Shown here: positions 60,901-64,000 of the stretch, in pieces
Layout of the letters: every line of letters begins with the position of its first letter
Position numbering within the stretch: position 1 is the stretch's first letter
From: a virus
Virus record (IMG/VR): IMGVR_UViG_3300045146_000214
Coordinates: 1 to 64,000 of that record
Reading direction: 5' to 3' (one strand)
DNA: 64,000 bases
Made by a program: the position numbers and the translations under genes
Notes under the pieces: model-generated
Databases searched by the model: none
Told to the model about the DNA's origin: nothing
What the model saw: the letters and a program-made list of their open reading frames with translations, nothing else

Positions 60901-63900
60901 GAGCTTTTGCAACACCAGATACGTTTAATATTGTGCTGGCAAATAAACAAACTGGCAGCGAAACAAGCATTACTGTTGAAATGCCAAAAATTGTCTCTGA
61001 AACATTCCTTCAAGACGGTGTTCAGGTTACTTACAACAAAGAGCTTTATGCCATGTCTGATATTGCCGCGTATTTCGATAAACAACTGGTGGCATATCAA
61101 AGGCATTATCAACTTTGGTCATTCATGGTTATTGACGAGTCCGGTGCTTACTTCGACTTTATCTCTTATAGTGATACTAATGATGTTGATAGAATTGAGT
61201 TGATAACCGCGCAAAGTATATCAATATTAAACAACAACGACATTAGCAGAAACTTAGGATGCTATAGCGGTCAATGGATAAATGGCGTTATATGGACTGC
61301 GGAAATGTTTTCTGAATGGCTGTTGGCAACTGTGTTTAACGTTGTTGTTAATGGTCAATATGCTGAATATAGAAATTACACAATAGACGACATTCGCACC
61401 AAGGTATTTAATGCGTTTACCCATGAAGTTGACAATATGAATTGTAGTAGAATGGCTACAATTGGTGGATGGTCATTGCATTTTGAAATGAACGATATGT
61501 TTGCGTATATGGATTGGCAATCATACCATTCGCGCCCACACCATTCGTTTATGATTGATAATGATTATAATGATAGTGAAAACACAACTGCGGCAACGTT
61601 ATATTACAACAATCAAATGATGTATGAAAACAATGCCGACAATGTGCAAAGAGTTATTAATGATGCAGTTGGTGAAGGTAATGAGTCTTATACAATGTTG
61701 TTAAGGCCAACACCCAATGCGAATAATGTTGGTGATTATAGTAGAATTTCACGTTTTGGGAAAATAGGCGAGGATAGAGTTCCTTATGGTGTAGATAGTT
61801 GTCCAAAAGAAAAATATGGCATTAATCTTCTACCAAATTCGTTACCGCTAGAATGGTTTGTTGAGTATGAAACAAATCCACAAACGCGAGCAAATCAAAG
61901 CTGGAGTTATGCGCGCCTTGATGGTATTCCTTATTATTGCAAAACTCCTTCGTTTGCCACACCATTTTATTATGAAGTAAAAGTTTCCGGCGACATCAGC
62001 AATAACGAAGCAACAGAATTGCGTGAATTAAATCCTCCTCTTGAGATAACCAACAGCAACAACAAATTGTTTTTTGACATCTATGTTGACAATGAGTTAA
62101 TACGTGATGTTGTCGTATTTGTTCGTAGTGGTGTTTATACCAACCTATATGACTTACGTGAAGCAATTCAAAACGCACTTGATGTTTATATCAATCGTCC
62201 TTATGGTCTTTCCGGTAAAAACGTCGGCAAAATATCTGCCATAGAGTCGTATTCACGTAATCGCCATAATATGAGCGATACATTTATTAAGCGATTAATG
62301 TTGTCATTGGAAAATAATGGTATGTATAAGCTCTTGCCGAAGGAGTCGTGTATAATTGAGACATCCATTGCAACATTTAGTGCACACAACAGCACAAATA
62401 CGGTAATACAGATAAATCCAATACAGTTAGTGGATATGTTAAACAGTGGCGTTGAATATAAGAATGGCCAAAGTGGTAAGCAGATATATCTAACATATCG
62501 TGCTTTGTCGGATGGTGATTTTATTGAAATAGTCGCCAATGAAGATTTTACGTTATTGTCATATCCGGTCATTAACAATGTTACTGGTAGCTATGTCATT
62601 CCAATTGAAATAACATCGGAGTCAACAGTTATTGTAGACCCGCAGAAGAAAAGGTTGTCAATACAGATGGTTGATGGTGTGTTTAAAATTCTTCCTGCCG
62701 AGAGTGTTGGGTTCACTACAAATGCTGGCGAGTCATGTTATGAAAATACCAGCAGTTTAATGGAAACACTGTCGCCACAACAATTGTATAATAAGCTGGT
62801 AATGAATAAAACAGCAACAATCGGTATGGAGTTTGTTGAGCATGACGGTGAGTATTTTATTGATATTATTGCCAATGCTACAAATACACTGACATTAACA
62901 TCATATACAACAGTCAACAAAACAACACAATGTTATTTGGCAGAGGCACCTATAGTAAACTTTTCCAAGAGTTTGTTGTATACCTATATTTTTGATCGAA
63001 GCATATCGTTCGAGTCTCTTGGCACGAATTTCACTATTAAGACAGATGCAGAAGATGGTTCGGCTGCAACACTATTCCCATATCTGTTTAGACGTTATAG
63101 CTTTGTCAGAAATGATGCAAACTTTACTGCACAATCAGACTATTATGTATATAATAAAGATGTGGTTGCAATTAAACAGTCAAATCGAAACCTCTTCCGT
63201 GTGGATGGTTTTGTCTATGATGATAAGCGTTGGTTTAAACTATGGGGTATTGATGACACCAGAGAAAGTATGGCATATGAGTTAAGACCACGCGGCTTTC
63301 ATTTGGCGCAAACAACATATCCTGAAGAAGATGGTTATGCAAAGCTACCAGATACAACTTATTACGAAGAGCAATTTCTGGTGATAGGCACAAGCAGTGA
63401 TGATGGTAAATTTACGATACCACCCGCAGAAGGTCGTCGGCTTGCATTTGATATATTCGTCAAAAATGGTGAAAGTAACTTTATTGAAGTGTATAATAAC
63501 ACACCAACAGTAATGCGCTTAACGTTGTTTGAGTTGGCAGATTTGATGCAAGAACAATTCAATTCTGGTGTTAAATATGTTGATAGCGATGGCGATGAAG
63601 TTATTAATGGATTTGCATGTGGTATGTTTTCTGTTACCGCCAATCGCTATACAGATTATCAAGGTATGCCACAAGCGCAACCTTCTATTGTTATACGCTC
63701 ATCAATTAGTTGGTCGGTATGTGAAGAAGCAGGCAATCCGTTTAATTTGAGTGGAAAACAATATCAATCATATGCTGATGTAAGTAAGAGCACTATATTA
63801 AGCCCGAATAACATTACTGGTGACTATATGATTTGGGTGAATAGAGCCAAGAACAATACGTCGTTTCCAAATGGCATACCATCATTGGGTGGCGAAGTGA

Positions 63901-64000
63901 GACCATTTGGTGTGCTGTCATGGTCAAGCACAGAAGAGAATGCGCTGTCTGATGATAATTTCTGGTATTACAACGAAGAAGAAACACCGAGAGTTGGGTG
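54963..64000 (+). CDS. Giant (>3000 aa, 3'-truncated) baseplate wedge protein with gp7/P2 gpI-like core
   Basis: ATG 54963 (MDTTDKNN). The frame was open wherever spot-checked, and its absence from the track fits having no stop in the window. YLPYVAYLLGWD...IYKTKGT..G at about 59550-59700; MKPVHV at about 60140. Confidence 0.8.
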   Translation, partial: MDTTDKNNVYSKLGFFEQNIFQYVPIQDANFIEEKTNLLKSFLQRAGFNLDNTVVDVESIQRFYWLDDNYSNALRNATFREENEQFRHWTTFTDYSLSDYYDYSYVEQQEKPNAVLEEKFYSNIMSNIDVEQYLKFNVLLNAEIDKGIITTLNHNSDEYGVYIQEGSNQGKEETYSFDEILNIVRREYLEVGTSVFVTRLQEGSKGTKGNISTIHFNRVDSGFYIYIGFLKNILGSNDAVLTFLKQISNVDSSHQPYMARQTLIDYFKVLEDKYVVIRNAVEKFGINYKESFNAVCGEELNDLGDALRAGEINDSQYKHLQDEILKKYSDENEFFSTNVITTVDDYNKAPYVIKSAIRTLYTNSLAYTQSLNPNADSYYYDTVTAITNEEKIYTLLPEDVDAIKNGRIYVFPNLAYANTIILNKNLTPTISNDDIDVLNLDAAQVGELITEIEGNSINPYKVAMDNGEYQKCYFSVANDHAVGAKQIARFQRHVTDVRLNYIVNVEPIVFTYNTTDDVYALLVDNTRLGRDISVDQFVTKERMNSSEEIICDLYNEKHRSVNNTYILYARQNIPNNKVGLDKIRNSIGWSSFDSPWRKQSDGTPYTDWYEEIEWVENPLSYKFSMNDTVFSFNILEPYPGTDNICRAITQAINGDGDTLYAVYGITCLATNDGLLYFIGNDEMTLKRVNDEAGYRFWENLGFTRFKIGAWQKPNNYYAVESTQNLAYPMDKKWSMIVDVNDTTIILNGAIDLATKTALSNSDEKYNLFDKTVEDLTTAKLRITEEPYTVEVLNAYHTAFVADIQKQLDDQYNKKDGVELENSKRINVYRVPDTNFTIGIESYNQPFFIKAYDNKGDGLTSWRNLYFDNILYSEINDDVYSYETWINTDLNKTAYRYDYRELIAKQSISDAPDDSAVLHDNYFYFTCNVNTTENFSLIVPRRWMLPKYSIISEALPDDLSTARGDIVFYKYTPSDVTATTKSSIQYWTEGNNSLCFNDAANLIESHRININQNIIEAYDNLFFTKFTDSTFYREYIGTATAKKYVVPSIVGTYTFWDLGKSVNNVLDRDYTLTFKICDGVNMSASINGNVAGQSITIPKGRWSPEELVDYINTMRRVIGGEGYIAQSNSEYADRQNVWKVEAKLMNVKGIYDTDDKYIIYFEQICENEDDTLMLDGDFLTALGCSGTGVYGIWASYTSPRCNNVWRVQDYCNWLNWRSLWKKVDETETVSYDPAEDWDVPTLVEETHYYDNRNSTDAYSILQWKTLNSKWLGVERCNKPLTFDTLETSSATSVLGEQIDLFFKFEDYTVAGSTVSFEPHKGLFYLLRDVILRHHDKKYVHGEERNYSSRITADGVTDDEKSEALSEMKYYAERSILDNIFEKKNTLTDRCFHTIKGNPRIKVKAWREGTRYGSARYGVSKYPEYYEDYVDIKMLDLDEAANLIEDEILKTQRIDNVAREISKHFQWSVNTTYNDVIKQVLKFYDFYNGQFNTWRGRAFRLGSGWDTVSVSLEGGSADINITNCESDWREPPYLPYVAYLLGWDFTGDKDFSYLDKSQLIKSLVKIYKTKGTFTGMNRLFNMLGMVTTIDELYRSFPLNGDFNLLNKENINKAQNCLYDTKPFTSVFLPDFYKNEEGRILLSDILLALGYSKDDIINDNVDFDEFIAKVREYPAIKNYLLVFANNEDYRHDGKWYLNKSNRVRLDMQMAFWQPLTDRKINTINYFVDFMKPVHVLYETKKISTPRITEKPYDVKLGKAIVENIDININAPAEDKFNYLMRLDGRVFHSRRDHLNSVDRAAKDTATKYQELRLNTCSSVVSAHELFDFSVVDDKKIKFLLHNGKQYFNVNTSVAEPAYYYKRFGIAYDASGKFRVPSKGIFYITLNNIKVEITNSDVVERGYKTAELATALYEKAIELGLTKFWFTSDETKREIIIHSLTPFTLGAFYPTTSLDYSADGENTSHFTGYVSLLNIQFNENGLYRAFATPDTFNIVLANKQTGSETSITVEMPKIVSETFLQDGVQVTYNKELYAMSDIAAYFDKQLVAYQRHYQLWSFMVIDESGAYFDFISYSDTNDVDRIELITAQSISILNNNDISRNLGCYSGQWINGVIWTAEMFSEWLLATVFNVVVNGQYAEYRNYTIDDIRTKVFNAFTHEVDNMNCSRMATIGGWSLHFEMNDMFAYMDWQSYHSRPHHSFMIDNDYNDSENTTAATLYYNNQMMYENNADNVQRVINDAVGEGNESYTMLLRPTPNANNVGDYSRISRFGKIGEDRVPYGVDSCPKEKYGINLLPNSLPLEWFVEYETNPQTRANQSWSYARLDGIPYYCKTPSFATPFYYEVKVSGDISNNEATELRELNPPLEITNSNNKLFFDIYVDNELIRDVVVFVRSGVYTNLYDLREAIQNALDVYINRPYGLSGKNVGKISAIESYSRNRHNMSDTFIKRLMLSLENNGMYKLLPKESCIIETSIATFSAHNSTNTVIQINPIQLVDMLNSGVEYKNGQSGKQIYLTYRALSDGDFIEIVANEDFTLLSYPVINNVTGSYVIPIEITSESTVIVDPQKKRLSIQMVDGVFKILPAESVGFTTNAGESCYENTSSLMETLSPQQLYNKLVMNKTATIGMEFVEHDGEYFIDIIANATNTLTLTSYTTVNKTTQCYLAEAPIVNFSKSLLYTYIFDRSISFESLGTNFTIKTDAEDGSAATLFPYLFRRYSFVRNDANFTAQSDYYVYNKDVVAIKQSNRNLFRVDGFVYDDKRWFKLWGIDDTRESMAYELRPRGFHLAQTTYPEEDGYAKLPDTTYYEEQFLVIGTSSDDGKFTIPPAEGRRLAFDIFVKNGESNFIEVYNNTPTVMRLTLFELADLMQEQFNSGVKYVDSDGDEVINGFACGMFSVTANRYTDYQGMPQAQPSIVIRSSISWSVCEEAGNPFNLSGKQYQSYADVSKSTILSPNNITGDYMIWVNRAKNNTSFPNGIPSLGGEVRPFGVLSWSSTEENALSDDNFWYYNEEETPRVG

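Noticed and set aside
55129-63750. Many short ORFs suggesting a non-coding or degraded region
   Set aside because: They are alternative-frame shadows of the single giant plus-strand ORF starting at 54963.

Overview
This window is a 64-kb segment of a large (jumbo-type) myovirus-like bacteriophage genome with two divergent arms. The minus-strand arm (1-29.75 kb) holds accessory genes, a glycosylation-like cassette and DNA methyltransferases. It also holds a replication/recombination module: class II NrdJ, Cas4/RecB-like nuclease, DnaE, ClpP-like protease, DnaB/gp41 helicase, gp55-like sigma, resolvase, gp46/47, GroES, RecA/UvsX, SSB, UvsY and UvsW. The plus-strand arm (30.1-64 kb) holds an N-terminally extended CCA-adding enzyme, a P-loop kinase and a contractile tail/baseplate module that ends in a >3000-codon ORF missing from the supplied ORF track. 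The strand switch contains a perfect sigma70 promoter followed by a 7-bp tandem array. The most notable observations are: a stand-alone Csx15-like gene (candidate anti-type-III-CRISPR factor); a CCA enzyme built like a processed polyprotein; a recurrent MK-I-x-E-L-L-E N-terminal leader suggesting capsid-packaged proteins; and a glycosylation cassette bounded by duplicated nrdJ-tail/transmembrane-anchor sequence. All family calls come from recognising motifs by eye. No searches were run. I saw no tRNA, rRNA or CRISPR array.
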